Shown here: positions 38,290 through 48,044 of the stretch, one piece after another
Position numbering within the stretch: the first letter of the stretch is position 1
How the letters are laid out: every line of letters starts with the position of its first letter
Origin: Turneriella sp.
GTDB taxonomy: Bacteria > Spirochaetota > Leptospiria > Turneriellales > Turneriellaceae
DNA: 64,000 nucleotides
Assembly (NCBI GenBank): GCA_965279515.1
Contig: CBDIID010000003.1
Coordinates: forward strand, 4,064,001 to 4,128,000
Direction of reading: 5' to 3'
Position numbers and translations under genes: made by a program
Notes under the pieces: model-generated
Told to the model about the DNA's origin: nothing
The model's input: the letters and a program-made list of their open reading frames with translations, nothing else
The model's database searches: none

Positions 38290-38511
38290 TTATTTCGTCT
38301 TCATTACATACACGCCATCCCAATCGGGTGGCGGCGGCTCTTCGATAAAATGTTCGCAGCGCTCGAGGTAAACCTGCGACGGGCCGTCTTCTTTTCTGAT
38401 CGCCAGAGCCTTTTTGAACATCTCGGCGGCCATTTTGAACTCGCGTTTTTTGTAAAGCGCCAGCCCTTCATTATAGACCTGCAGCACCTGCTGCATCTGT
38501 TGCGAAAGCAT
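38290..38511 (-). CDS. Small TPR protein resembling the C-terminal tail of class III adenylate cyclases
   Basis: YNEGLALY...DGPSQVYLERC...PPPDWDGVYVMKTK. Confidence 0.8.
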   Translation of the reverse strand: MLSQQMQQVLQVYNEGLALYKKREFKMAAEMFKKALAIRKEDGPSQVYLERCEHFIEEPPPPDWDGVYVMKTK

Positions 38512-38557
38512 GGGCGTGTGTAGAGATAAAGGGAGGGATGTAAAGAAAAAAGGGCGC

Positions 38558-38693
38558 GGTATATCTAAAAGGCGCGCATTCGGGGCAAGCGGCCGAAAAG
38601 AAAACCGAAAGCAGGCCGTTTCGGCCGCTTTAGCAGGAAATCGCGAAGCGATTTTCGAGGCTTTCGGTTTTCTTGCGCCTCTTTAGATATACC
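38558..38693. mobile_element. 136-bp MITE/REP-like element with 12-bp terminal inverted repeats
   Basis: GGTATATCTAAA...TTTAGATATACC plus internal inverted repeats; no ORF. Confidence 0.65.
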
Positions 38694-38704
38694 CTAGCGG
38701 CGAT

Positions 38705-39706
38705 TCAGGGCTTCAATTCGGTCGGTATTATTTCGAAGTTCATCCGCCGGTTATCCCGAATTATAGTCAGATCCACACGATTCAACGCCTCCTTTTGACT
38801 CAGAAGGCGGTGTAGTACGTCGATGCTCGCGACTGCTTCGCCGTTCAAATAGACAATAATGTCGCCGTATTTGAGCCCAACCGTGGCAGCCGGCGAACGG
38901 CTCTCCACATGTGTCACCAAAACCCCGGTTTCACCGATTCTAAGGGACCGCGAAACGACGCGCGGAAAGCGTGTGTTCGAGACACCGACGCCAAGATACG
39001 CGCGGCGTATCTTACCCTCGCGTATCAGGTGCATCACCACAAACTGCGCGGTATTTGCAGCAATCGCAAAACAGATGCCCTGCGCCGAGGGGATGATGGC
39101 ACAATTGACGCCGATGACGCGCCCTGCCGAATCGATGAGTGGCCCGCCGCTGTTACCGGGGTTTAAGGCAGCGTCGGTCTGTATGATGTCGTCCATCAGG
39201 CGCCCCGACTGGGCGCGCAGCGACCGGCCCGTGCCGCTGACGACGCCGGCGGTTAGGGTGTAGTCAAAACCATAGGGGTTGCCGAGCGCGATGGCGATCT
39301 GGCCGGCGCGCAGAGCCGCCGAGTCGGCGAATTCGAGGGCCTTGAAGCCAAAGCCGTTGATCTTCAGCACGGCGAGATCGCTATGCGGGTCATTGCCCTG
39401 TATCGTCGCAAAATAGCGGCCGCCGTCGAGTGTGCGTACCTCGATGTCGCCTTGTGCCGCGACGACATGCGCATTGGTCACGACATAACCTTCGGGGCTG
39501 ATAAAAAATCCGGAACCTGTACCCAGTACCGAATCGCGCTTGCCCTTTTTGAGCATTGTGATTTTGACCACCGAGGGAGAAACCGCGGCGGCGACGGAGC
39601 TCACCGTATGCGAGTAGGCATCGAGCAGCACCGCATCGTTGCTTGCGGGGGCGCTTTGCGCCCCGGCTACCGAGTGTTCAGAGGAGACAAGTTTTAAGGC
39701 CGGCAT
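38705..39706 (-). CDS. HtrA/DegP-like trypsin serine protease with PDZ domain
   Basis: TNAHVV, DLAVL, QTDAALNPGNSGGPL, PDZ. Confidence 0.92.
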   Translation of the reverse strand: MPALKLVSSEHSVAGAQSAPASNDAVLLDAYSHTVSSVAAAVSPSVVKITMLKKGKRDSVLGTGSGFFISPEGYVVTNAHVVAAQGDIEVRTLDGGRYFATIQGNDPHSDLAVLKINGFGFKALEFADSAALRAGQIAIALGNPYGFDYTLTAGVVSGTGRSLRAQSGRLMDDIIQTDAALNPGNSGGPLIDSAGRVIGVNCAIIPSAQGICFAIAANTAQFVVMHLIREGKIRRAYLGVGVSNTRFPRVVSRSLRIGETGVLVTHVESRSPAATVGLKYGDIIVYLNGEAVASIDVLHRLLSQKEALNRVDLTIIRDNRRMNFEIIPTELKP

Positions 39707-39751
39707 GGCGAGAAGATATTCCTCCCGCGCACGATCGGCTCAAAAAACTTC

Positions 39752-41587
39752 TTAGCGCTTCTCAGAGCCGAGCTTTTCAAAATCCACCGCGAGCTCGATC
39801 TTGTGATCGCTCAGGTACCTGAGAATCGCGAGGTTGTTACGGCTCACCGTTTCATGGTAGCGGGTGTATGGCTCGACAAAATATTGTATGCGGATATAAA
39901 AACCGAAGGCGTCGAATTTCATAAAGTGCACCTCAGCCTCGGGGCTATAACCTGAGGTTTCGATGATTTTTTTGATTTCAACAATCGTCGTTTCTACGGT
40001 GGCGACGCCGGTTTTCTGGTCGAGCAGAATCTTACCGCGGAACATCCGCTTCTGCCCGCCCGAGGTGACGTTGTTGACAAAACCGTTTGCCAAAATCGAA
40101 TTCGGTACGACGAGAATACTGTTATACTTGGTACGGATCGTCGTCGAACGCATGCCGACCTTTTCGACGCGGCCCCAGGTCTTGATCGGCGCATCGAGCA
40201 GCAGGTAGTCCCCCTCTTTAATGACCTTATCAATGTAGAGAGAGATGCCGGCAAAGATATGGCTCACCGCCTCGCGGCCTGCCATCGCCAGCGCGAAACC
40301 CCCGACCCCGAGACCCGCGACGGCAGAGTAGATATTGTAGCCGACCCGGTTCATCATCACCAGGAAGCCCATGAAATAGATGACGATTTTGCCGGTGCGT
40401 ATCAGCAGCGGAAAAAGGTGAGCCATTTCGGAGTCGTCGGGCCGCGCACGCAGGCGTTCGCGCCAGCGCAGCATCGAATTGGTAAAGAGCCGCGACGCAA
40501 ATATTGTCAGCAGCCAGATGACGGCTACCATGAGCGCCGATTGCACAATAACAAGAATCTGCGACGGTATCGCCAGAAATCTGATGCCGACCTTGATCGA
40601 GACGAGAAAGGCAATGGAGTAGATATATTTTTTCAGCGTGCTCAGAACCAGGTCAAAAAAAGCCACGCTCTTTTGCAGGTCTTCGTCCTTACGCATTTTC
40701 AGCCGCAGCAGAATCAGCAAAATACGGCTGAAGATCAGTGCAGCGAGAATCAGTGCGCCGAAATAGATCCACTGCAAGAGCGGGTTTTCGAGAAACATCG
40801 TGCGTTTGAGGTATTCGATCGGATTATTCGACGGTTCTTTATGCGCAGAAATACTGAAATGACCGTGCCCGAGTTTGGCGAATTCATAGAGAATTCGCAA
40901 AATCCCCTGGGGGTTTCCTTCGAGGGCCGTGACTTTCAGATCGGGAATCTCTTTAATCTTCACGCTTGCCGGGTCGGCCAGCAGCTCGTAGATCTTGCGC
41001 TCTTCAAAATATTTGAATGGCTGAAACATTTGCCGGTACTCTTCGGGTTTGCCGAGAAACCGGCGTACGAACAGGCATGTTGCCCAGCGGTGGTGGCCGT
41101 CGAGAATATAATATTTACCGTTTTCGTATGCAGTGAGAATGCTACCGTCGCAGGCGGAGAATTTTTTCTCGATGCTCAGGGTATCGATCACCTTAGGCGC
41201 GATGTTACCCCAGTAAATTTCAAACTGCGTCGGCACGAGGTCGCCGAGATTATCGAGGCGTTCATCGCGGCGTATCTTAACCTTGTCCTCAGGTTCGCCG
41301 GTTTCCAGTAGTTTTTCGAGTGAGCTGATGAACTGAAAATCCTTCGCCTGGTCGCCGGGGTTCAGTTCAATTTTACCGTCAGAAAGCCAGGCGAGAATTT
41401 CTTTTTGTTCCGCACCCGAGAATTGCGGCATGTCGGCATGGTGCATTGCCCATTTCGGCGCAGGCGTCGTGAAGAGCTTCATCTGCGCAATCCGCTCCGG
41501 GTGGGCGTTCTTATCGATGCGCGGCTCGAGACAGCCCGCTAAAGAAAAGGCAAAAAACGCCCAGGAAAGTCTTCCGGAGAACTGCAT
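39752..41587 (-). CDS. MscS-family mechanosensitive channel with N-terminal lipobox and ParB/Srx-like domain
   Basis: LAGC lipobox; LVPTQ and YYILDGHHRW; GLGVGGFALAMAG, GRVEKVGMRST, VPNS. Confidence 0.85.
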   Translation of the reverse strand: MQFSGRLSWAFFAFSLAGCLEPRIDKNAHPERIAQMKLFTTPAPKWAMHHADMPQFSGAEQKEILAWLSDGKIELNPGDQAKDFQFISSLEKLLETGEPEDKVKIRRDERLDNLGDLVPTQFEIYWGNIAPKVIDTLSIEKKFSACDGSILTAYENGKYYILDGHHRWATCLFVRRFLGKPEEYRQMFQPFKYFEERKIYELLADPASVKIKEIPDLKVTALEGNPQGILRILYEFAKLGHGHFSISAHKEPSNNPIEYLKRTMFLENPLLQWIYFGALILAALIFSRILLILLRLKMRKDEDLQKSVAFFDLVLSTLKKYIYSIAFLVSIKVGIRFLAIPSQILVIVQSALMVAVIWLLTIFASRLFTNSMLRWRERLRARPDDSEMAHLFPLLIRTGKIVIYFMGFLVMMNRVGYNIYSAVAGLGVGGFALAMAGREAVSHIFAGISLYIDKVIKEGDYLLLDAPIKTWGRVEKVGMRSTTIRTKYNSILVVPNSILANGFVNNVTSGGQKRMFRGKILLDQKTGVATVETTIVEIKKIIETSGYSPEAEVHFMKFDAFGFYIRIQYFVEPYTRYHETVSRNNLAILRYLSDHKIELAVDFEKLGSEKR

Positions 41588-41689
41588 CCCTCATATTTTG
41601 ACGGAAGGCGTATGGGTCAATAAATATAGTGGTGGTTAGCTCCAGGGATGACAATATTCTAATCCCGGGGCCTGTCGATCGCTGATATT

Positions 41690-41756
41690 TCTGTATTTCT
41701 ACGCAATCCATCCTGCGTGATCGCGAATTGCTTTTTTGGGAGAGGCAGATTAAATG
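41690..41756 (+). promoter_or_regulatory. Box TCTGTA-TTTC-TACGCA, 22 bp before TTGCTT-17-TAAATG
   Basis: Same geometry as the island-1 boxes. Confidence 0.5.
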
Positions 41757-41785
41757 ATGGCATGCGCGGGATTGGTGAACGTTAT

Positions 41786-42844
41786 ATGATGAACTACGAA
41801 GAGGTTCGGGCGCCTGCGCCCGCACAAATTCTCGTCATCGAGGATGATGCAGCGATACGGCAATCGCTGAGGATACTATTGGAATCCTGGGGTTACAGCG
41901 TGCTCGAAGCGGAACACGGCGGTTATGCGCTCGCGTTGTTGTCTGCGCAGCCGGTTAACCTGATTCTTTCTGATATCGAAATGCCGGTTCTCGGTGGTAT
42001 TGATTTTCTGGAGATCGTCCGAAGGGAATATCCACAGCTTCGTGTGATCATGGTCAGTGGAATTACGCGGGAGAAAACGATCGATGAGGTTATTGCCCGT
42101 GGCGCCATTGGTTATGTCCAGAAACCAGTCCGGTTGCCTGAGTTGAAGTCGCAGATTCTAAACGGGCTTCGTCAGGAATCTATTGACCAGCGCCTGGCAA
42201 ATCCCGGTCTCCCGGGCTTCGTTCCTGAAAATCCCGCGCTTTCGCCGTCTTCGAAGATTAAAGATATCGCCCGCCTGTTTGTTGTCACCTCTGATCTGCA
42301 CCACGGTGAAACAGGGGCTCATATCCAGCGTATCGGCAAGTTCAGTCGGCTACTCGCCGAGCTCAGTGGTATGCCCGCCTTATTTGCCTCGGATCTGGGC
42401 GAGGCTGCGGTGCTACACGATATCGGAAAGCTCGCCATACCTGATGCTATTCTCAAAAAACCCGGTCCCTTAACTGTCGAAGAATTTGAGATTATGAAAA
42501 CACATCCGGTTTTAGGCGGAAAAATTCTGGCCGGCTGTCAAGATCCGTTTCTGAAGCTCGCACGCACGGTCGCACTCTACCATCATGAGCGTTGGGATGG
42601 CTCCGGGTATCCTGAAGGATTAGTCGGTGAAGATTGTCCCATTTCCGCCAGGATTGTCGGCGTTGTCGACGTGTTTGACGCACTGAATGAAAAACGTGTT
42701 TATAAAGAACCGTGGCCGCGCCAAAAGATCACAAATTTTTTTCGGGAAAAGAAGGGAAGTTTCTTCGAACCCGGACTCATAGAGGCACTGTTGGGCAATT
42801 ACGAGCGGTTTGAGCAAATACGCCTGTCGCATGCCGGGGATTGA
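41786..42844 (+). CDS. REC-HD-GYP cyclic-di-GMP phosphodiesterase (RpfG-like)
   Basis: LSDIEMP; HDIGK, HHERWDGSGYP. Confidence 0.92.
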   Translation: MMNYEEVRAPAPAQILVIEDDAAIRQSLRILLESWGYSVLEAEHGGYALALLSAQPVNLILSDIEMPVLGGIDFLEIVRREYPQLRVIMVSGITREKTIDEVIARGAIGYVQKPVRLPELKSQILNGLRQESIDQRLANPGLPGFVPENPALSPSSKIKDIARLFVVTSDLHHGETGAHIQRIGKFSRLLAELSGMPALFASDLGEAAVLHDIGKLAIPDAILKKPGPLTVEEFEIMKTHPVLGGKILAGCQDPFLKLARTVALYHHERWDGSGYPEGLVGEDCPISARIVGVVDVFDALNEKRVYKEPWPRQKITNFFREKKGSFFEPGLIEALLGNYERFEQIRLSHAGD

Positions 42845-42903
42845 TTGTAGCGGAAAAACTATTCCGCAGATTTTTCGGAGTATGCCTGAATCCTGGGTTG
42901 GTA

Positions 42904-43992
42904 TCAGTTAAAGAACATAACTTCCCGTTCGGGTGCAAGCTGTGCCTGCGCAAGACCGTCGACGAGGAAAATATTCATTGGCTGCGTTCTGCCACGGATG
43001 CGATTGAGTTGTAAGCGGCGGACTGCGATGTCGTCGCCGATGAGCTTACGGGTTTTTTCATCGATGATAAGATCGAACTTTGTTTTTTTCGTCAAACCTT
43101 CAAGCCGCGATGCAATGTTGACTGTGTCGCCGATTACCGTGTAATCCATTTTGCGGAAGGATCCAATCGTGCCCGCAAAGACGCGTCCTGTGGCAATACC
43201 CATACCGATGCTGATATCTTCATGAAGCCATTCCGGTTTTGCATTGTTGAATGCCTTGACGGCTTCACGTACAGCAAGGGCGCATTCAACGGCGTTGCGC
43301 GCGTCGTTCTCGCCGCGTACCGGACAACCAAAAGTGCTGAGTAATGCATCGCCGATAATCTTATTCACAGATCCCTTGTACGTCAAGACGAGATCCATGA
43401 TGTCGGTATATAAATGGTTGAGCAGGCTGGCTACGAGATTAGGTTCGAGCGTTTCGCTGATCGAGGTAAAATTGCGTATGTCCAGAAAGAAGATTGTTGC
43501 ATCCAGATTCTCCCCGTAATTTTTCCCCAGTGTCTGCTCATTCATGATTTTGTCAGCAACGTCGACAGAGAAATACTGTGATAACCGGTTCAGCCTATCC
43601 TGCAGCGCATCGCGTTCGGCCAGCGCCTGTTCATATTTTGCGAGGCGATGGATTCTCATGACTAACTCATCTGCGGCATAGGGGGGGGTCAATATCTCTG
43701 ATACCCCCGCCTTCAAGGCTTCGATGCGGTGCTTAAAGGATATTTCCCGGCAAAGCAAGATAACGGGTTTCATGAGAGCTCCAGGGCTTAACTGAATATC
43801 CTCTAATGCTGCCGCTTCCTTGTCTCCGTAGTGATCTGCATGTATGAGGATAATGTCGGGCAACAGGCCTTTCAGGTTACCGTAGGGGAGGTATAGTTCG
43901 GCGAGTGTTGTTTCGAAAAAGGAATTCAGCGGTTGCAGCAAGGCCTGCAGGGACGAGGGGGAGACCGAAAATATCAGGATCTTTGTTTTCAT
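42904..43992 (-). CDS. Adenylate cyclase with degenerate receiver domain
   Basis: FFLDIRNFT, KIIGDAL, DYTVIGDTVNIASRLE; receiver lacks the phospho-Asp (IILIH). Confidence 0.88.
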   Translation of the reverse strand: MKTKILIFSVSPSSLQALLQPLNSFFETTLAELYLPYGNLKGLLPDIILIHADHYGDKEAAALEDIQLSPGALMKPVILLCREISFKHRIEALKAGVSEILTPPYAADELVMRIHRLAKYEQALAERDALQDRLNRLSQYFSVDVADKIMNEQTLGKNYGENLDATIFFLDIRNFTSISETLEPNLVASLLNHLYTDIMDLVLTYKGSVNKIIGDALLSTFGCPVRGENDARNAVECALAVREAVKAFNNAKPEWLHEDISIGMGIATGRVFAGTIGSFRKMDYTVIGDTVNIASRLEGLTKKTKFDLIIDEKTRKLIGDDIAVRRLQLNRIRGRTQPMNIFLVDGLAQAQLAPEREVMFFN

Positions 43993-44020
43993 GGGAGTTT
44001 GTATCGCAAAATTGAGGCAA

Positions 44021-44064
44021 GGTCAATTGGGCACCGTTGGGAGAAATCTGTGTGGAAATACTGA
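44021..44064 (-). promoter_or_regulatory. Box TCAGTA-TTTC-CACACA, 22 bp before TTGACC
   Basis: Upstream of the pseudoREC-cyclase gene. Confidence 0.45.
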
Positions 44065-44159
44065 ATTCACGGCGAAAATGCGTTATTTTTACGTTGACCC
44101 TCCGCCCGGTTAATGGCAGGAAAGATATGGGAATGCGCTACACAAAAACAGGAATCTAA

Positions 44160-44525
44160 ATGCGTCCGGGTCTGGAAAAGAAAGTTTTGAAAATTTTGGA
44201 TACAGAACCGGTGTTGCATCCGCCCGAAATTTCGGCTGAGGTTTATGACAAGTTTTGTGAGATTTTTCTCGAATCTGTCCCTAAGACAATTCATTCTCTG
44301 CAGGAAAATTCCGGAGACGAGGCGGTAATCCAGAAGATTGCGCATAAATTGAAGGGCGCGTGCGGCTTCGCTGGAGCCATTCGGTTGAGCGCAGTGGCTG
44401 CTGAACTAGAGCAAATAGCTGAGTCCGCATCCGCTGAGGAATTAACATATTTTCACCGCATACTGAGCCAGGTTCTTGCGCAGACACGGGTGGCGATGCG
44501 ACGCCCGGGGGACGCAGGAAGTTGA
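44160..44525 (+). CDS. Hpt domain protein
   Basis: AHKLKGACGFAGA. Confidence 0.85.
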   Translation: MRPGLEKKVLKILDTEPVLHPPEISAEVYDKFCEIFLESVPKTIHSLQENSGDEAVIQKIAHKLKGACGFAGAIRLSAVAAELEQIAESASAEELTYFHRILSQVLAQTRVAMRRPGDAGS

Positions 44526-47500
44526 GGATAGCCATAATCCTGCTACTGGCTTCTTTTCTGGCCTGCAATGCAACAAAACGCGAACAGCCAAAAGTAAAGA
44601 ACGGCGAATTAGACCTGCGGACCTGGGATTTTAATGAAGACGGACCGGTTGCGCTGGATGGTGATTGGGCTTTTTACTGGCAACAGAAGATCGTCGGAAA
44701 AAAAAACGCCGATTTTGCGGAACCTGAAAGCCGGCAATATTTGCATGTTCCCGGAACATGGAATAATCTGGTGCGAAAACAGCATCCTGAAAATCCGAAA
44801 CCCGGACAGGGTTTTGCAACGCTACGTCTGAAACTGCTGCTGCCTTCACGAAAGGACCTGCTGCTGTTCAATGCGTGGGCCGCGAACTCATTTGTTTTAT
44901 ATTGCGGTGATAAGCCCATCGGGCAAGCGGGCCGGTTTGCTTCCGAACCGGGTTTGGTTTCGCCCTTCCATGGGCCAACCCTGGTTTCTTTGCAGTCCTG
45001 CGAGTCCACCGATCTATTCTGGCAAATCGCTAATTTTGAAACGTACTTTGGTGGTCCCAGAAACGGTTGGCGAATTGGCAACGATGCCTCTCTGGCGAGA
45101 GAACTGCTTTATCGCGATTTCTTCACCTCGGGTTTTATTGCCCTGACCGGTTTTCTGTGTTTGTCCTTTTTTATTGCATGGTTACTGGTTAGAAACGCAT
45201 GGCACTACCTGGTCTTTAGCGGCCTTAGTTTTGTCGCGGCGTTGCTCCGTTTGTCCGGAGAGAAAGTCATCCAGAGATTTTTTTCAGAAAATATATTTGA
45301 TTTTCAGATTCGAATGGAGTACGGCGCTACAGCGTGGTGTGGAGTTCTGGTCTTTTGGGGACTACACCTGCAATACCCGCGCCGGGTGAGCCGCAATTTC
45401 GCGATTCTTGTTTCGCTACCGGTATTGGCGGCGACGTATTTGGCCTTGGCGACGCCTGTCGGCAGTTTCACCCGAACAGTGCCTTTTTTGGTGGTTTATT
45501 TAGTAGTCCTGTTGCTGTTAAGCACGGTTTACCTGATTTTACTGACTCTCAAAAGAGAAGCAGATTCGGGAGTTTTTCTCTGGGCAGTGATTGCCTTGTT
45601 TGCCGTCGTTATCTACGATATTCTCGTGCTCAGGGGCATCTTTACAAGTTCCAGATACTCTGGGATAGGCTTCATCGCTCTCCTGGCTACGCAATCCCTG
45701 CTGACGATACGCACCTTTTGGCGCTCGGCACATGAGGCCCAGGCAATGCAGGGGAGACTTGCCGCGGATCTCGCAACCCAACTGGCGGTAACGGAGCGCC
45801 AAAATGCATTATTGGCCGCCGCTACGGATATGTGGATTATCAACGATCCGCATGACTTTGGCCGGATCAAAGATGCGAGCCTGAAAGCCTGTGAAAATCT
45901 CGGTTATCGAAAGGAAGAACTGTTATCGCTCTATATCAAGGATATCGAGGTGGAGTTTCCGGTATCCACAAAAGCACAATGGAAGCAGCATATCGAAGCG
46001 ATTCGTTCCGCCCGGGCGCCACTGCAATTACGTGGAGTGTGGAAACGAAAGGACGGCTCCTGTTTTCCCGTTTCTGTATCGGTTTCCCTGCACCACTTCC
46101 AGGGGCAGCAATACCTCGTCGGCATCGGGCGCGACATGACGCAGACGGTAGAAAGCGGTCTCGCATTGCGCCGCAGCGAAGAAAAATTCCAGGAATTTTA
46201 CCGAAATAACCCGGTTACACTTTTGATCCTCAATAATGACGGGACAATCTTTGATGCCAACCCGGCCGCCCTGGAACAACTGGGATATACGTTAGAGGAA
46301 TTTCTGAACCGCCCGATGCACGAGTTCGTCTTCTCCGAAGACCGTGCCGCAGCCTGCGGCTATTTTGAAGGTTATCTGAGGAATCCGTTGAATTCAATCC
46401 CTGTTGAATACCGGCAGGTTACCAAAAACGGAAAGATTATCTGGGTCTCGCAATCGCTTCAAATTCTGCGCGGGGATAACGAGCCAGACAGGATTCTCGT
46501 CAGTTGCCGGGATATCAGTAAGCGCAAAACGGCAGAGAGGGCACTTTTTGAAAGTGAGGCCCAGATGCGGCTGATTACGGAGGCTATTCCCGGGCCAGTG
46601 TCGCATATCGGCCGCGATGGCACTTATGTCTTCGTCAATAAGCATTATGAAGAATGGTTCGGTGATAAAAGGGAAGATATTATCGGAAAAAGACCAGATG
46701 AGGTACTCAGACCTGAGCTTTTTGCCGCAGTGGAATCCCATTTCGCTCAAGTTCGCTCCGGCAAAGAAGTCAGCTGGGAGACGACGATCAGGCCGGCAGA
46801 CGGAAAGGAACGAGCCGTGCAAATTATGCACATTCCCGATTTTGATCTCCAGGGAAAGGCTGCCGGCATATTCACCATCGTTTACGACATCTCGACGCGC
46901 AAGCTCGCAGAAAATACGCTGCGGAGTTCACTGGAAGAGAAGGAGATGCTGCTGGCTGAGATCCATCACCGCGTGAAAAATAATCTCCAGGTAATTTCGT
47001 CGCTGATTAGCATGCAGGGCAGATTAATCAGCGATTCGGTGGCGCAGACGCATTTGGAAAGTCTTGGTCTGCGTATCCGGGCAATGGGCTTATTGCACAA
47101 TATACTCTATAAATCCATCGGCACGGGTAAAGTGGATATGCATTTGTATCTGACTTCAATTACCGAACAGGTGATGTCGGTGCAGCGCCAAGTCGCGGAA
47201 AAGATACCCATGGAGATTGAGATCGGGGAGATTCACCTGAATATCGAGACAGCTCTGCCGATTGGCTTGATTGTCAATGAGGCCATTTCGAATTCTATTA
47301 AATATGCCTCCGCAACAAATGAAGCTCCGCGTCTGCGGCTGAGTCTTCAAAAAGGAAAATCTGAATATAAACTGCTTATTGCTGACAATGGCCCGGGAAT
47401 GCCAGCCAAGATCCCGAAGGATACGACATTGGGACTGCGTTTAATTGAAACCTTGGTGCGGCAGTTACGGGGAAACGTCGTTATGGAGACGCGTGGTGGG

Positions 47501-47578
47501 GTTACGTTCAGAATAACTTTTGTTGAGCAGAAAAAAGAAGAAAACCGGTGGTCGCGGCTGTCAAAGAATAATGGCTGA
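44522..47578 (+). CDS. 7TM-DISM/PAS x3/HisKA_2 sensor kinase
   Basis: LDGDWAFYW DISM domain, 7TM region, PAS domains, EIHHRVKNNLQ. Confidence 0.9.
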   Translation: MRIAIILLLASFLACNATKREQPKVKNGELDLRTWDFNEDGPVALDGDWAFYWQQKIVGKKNADFAEPESRQYLHVPGTWNNLVRKQHPENPKPGQGFATLRLKLLLPSRKDLLLFNAWAANSFVLYCGDKPIGQAGRFASEPGLVSPFHGPTLVSLQSCESTDLFWQIANFETYFGGPRNGWRIGNDASLARELLYRDFFTSGFIALTGFLCLSFFIAWLLVRNAWHYLVFSGLSFVAALLRLSGEKVIQRFFSENIFDFQIRMEYGATAWCGVLVFWGLHLQYPRRVSRNFAILVSLPVLAATYLALATPVGSFTRTVPFLVVYLVVLLLLSTVYLILLTLKREADSGVFLWAVIALFAVVIYDILVLRGIFTSSRYSGIGFIALLATQSLLTIRTFWRSAHEAQAMQGRLAADLATQLAVTERQNALLAAATDMWIINDPHDFGRIKDASLKACENLGYRKEELLSLYIKDIEVEFPVSTKAQWKQHIEAIRSARAPLQLRGVWKRKDGSCFPVSVSVSLHHFQGQQYLVGIGRDMTQTVESGLALRRSEEKFQEFYRNNPVTLLILNNDGTIFDANPAALEQLGYTLEEFLNRPMHEFVFSEDRAAACGYFEGYLRNPLNSIPVEYRQVTKNGKIIWVSQSLQILRGDNEPDRILVSCRDISKRKTAERALFESEAQMRLITEAIPGPVSHIGRDGTYVFVNKHYEEWFGDKREDIIGKRPDEVLRPELFAAVESHFAQVRSGKEVSWETTIRPADGKERAVQIMHIPDFDLQGKAAGIFTIVYDISTRKLAENTLRSSLEEKEMLLAEIHHRVKNNLQVISSLISMQGRLISDSVAQTHLESLGLRIRAMGLLHNILYKSIGTGKVDMHLYLTSITEQVMSVQRQVAEKIPMEIEIGEIHLNIETALPIGLIVNEAISNSIKYASATNEAPRLRLSLQKGKSEYKLLIADNGPGMPAKIPKDTTLGLRLIETLVRQLRGNVVMETRGGVTFRITFVEQKKEENRWSRLSKNNG

Positions 47579-47674
47579 GGGTATTACTTTTGTGTATCCA
47601 AAAAAAAAATTGTATTTCTATCAATATAGACAGCCCGGGATCGTTGAATTTTGCGCAAAACAACAAGGAAAGAA

Positions 47675-48043
47675 ATGGAAAAACTAAAGGTCCTCATAGT
47701 GGAAGATGAAGCCATCGCTGCCATGGCGCTGGAGATGGAACTGGCCGCCTTTGATCCAATATCCGTTCAGATTGTGAGTTCAGGCGAAGATGCTATTGCT
47801 CTTACGGGTACTTTTGAACCCGATCTCATTTTCATGGACGTCTATCTCGACGGGCCAATGAATGGCATCGAGGCTATTAAAAAGATACATGCGTTAAAGA
47901 AAATACCTGTCGTATACACTACTGCCTCACAGAATATCGAAGTTGAGCGACAAATCAATAGTACGGATTTTATCGGCTTTCTCCAAAAACCGTACCTAAC
48001 GGCTGAGATTCAGGCTATCATGCACGCTTTTCAGGCGAGGTAA
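47675..48043 (+). CDS. Single-domain response regulator
   Basis: IVEDE, FMDVYL, LQKP. Confidence 0.88.
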   Translation: MEKLKVLIVEDEAIAAMALEMELAAFDPISVQIVSSGEDAIALTGTFEPDLIFMDVYLDGPMNGIEAIKKIHALKKIPVVYTTASQNIEVERQINSTDFIGFLQKPYLTAEIQAIMHAFQAR

Positions 48044-48044
48044 T

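Noticed and set aside
40259..41311. 350-aa plus-strand ORF and other long antisense ORFs (e.g. 24604..25410, 48049..48795)
   Set aside because: Shadow ORFs opposite well-supported genes, with no recognisable motifs
47600..47649. Poly-A10 and box-like ATTGTA-TTTC-TATCAA before the receiver gene
   Set aside because: Spacing to TTG is 19 bp rather than 22 and the match is weak; no evidence of phase variation
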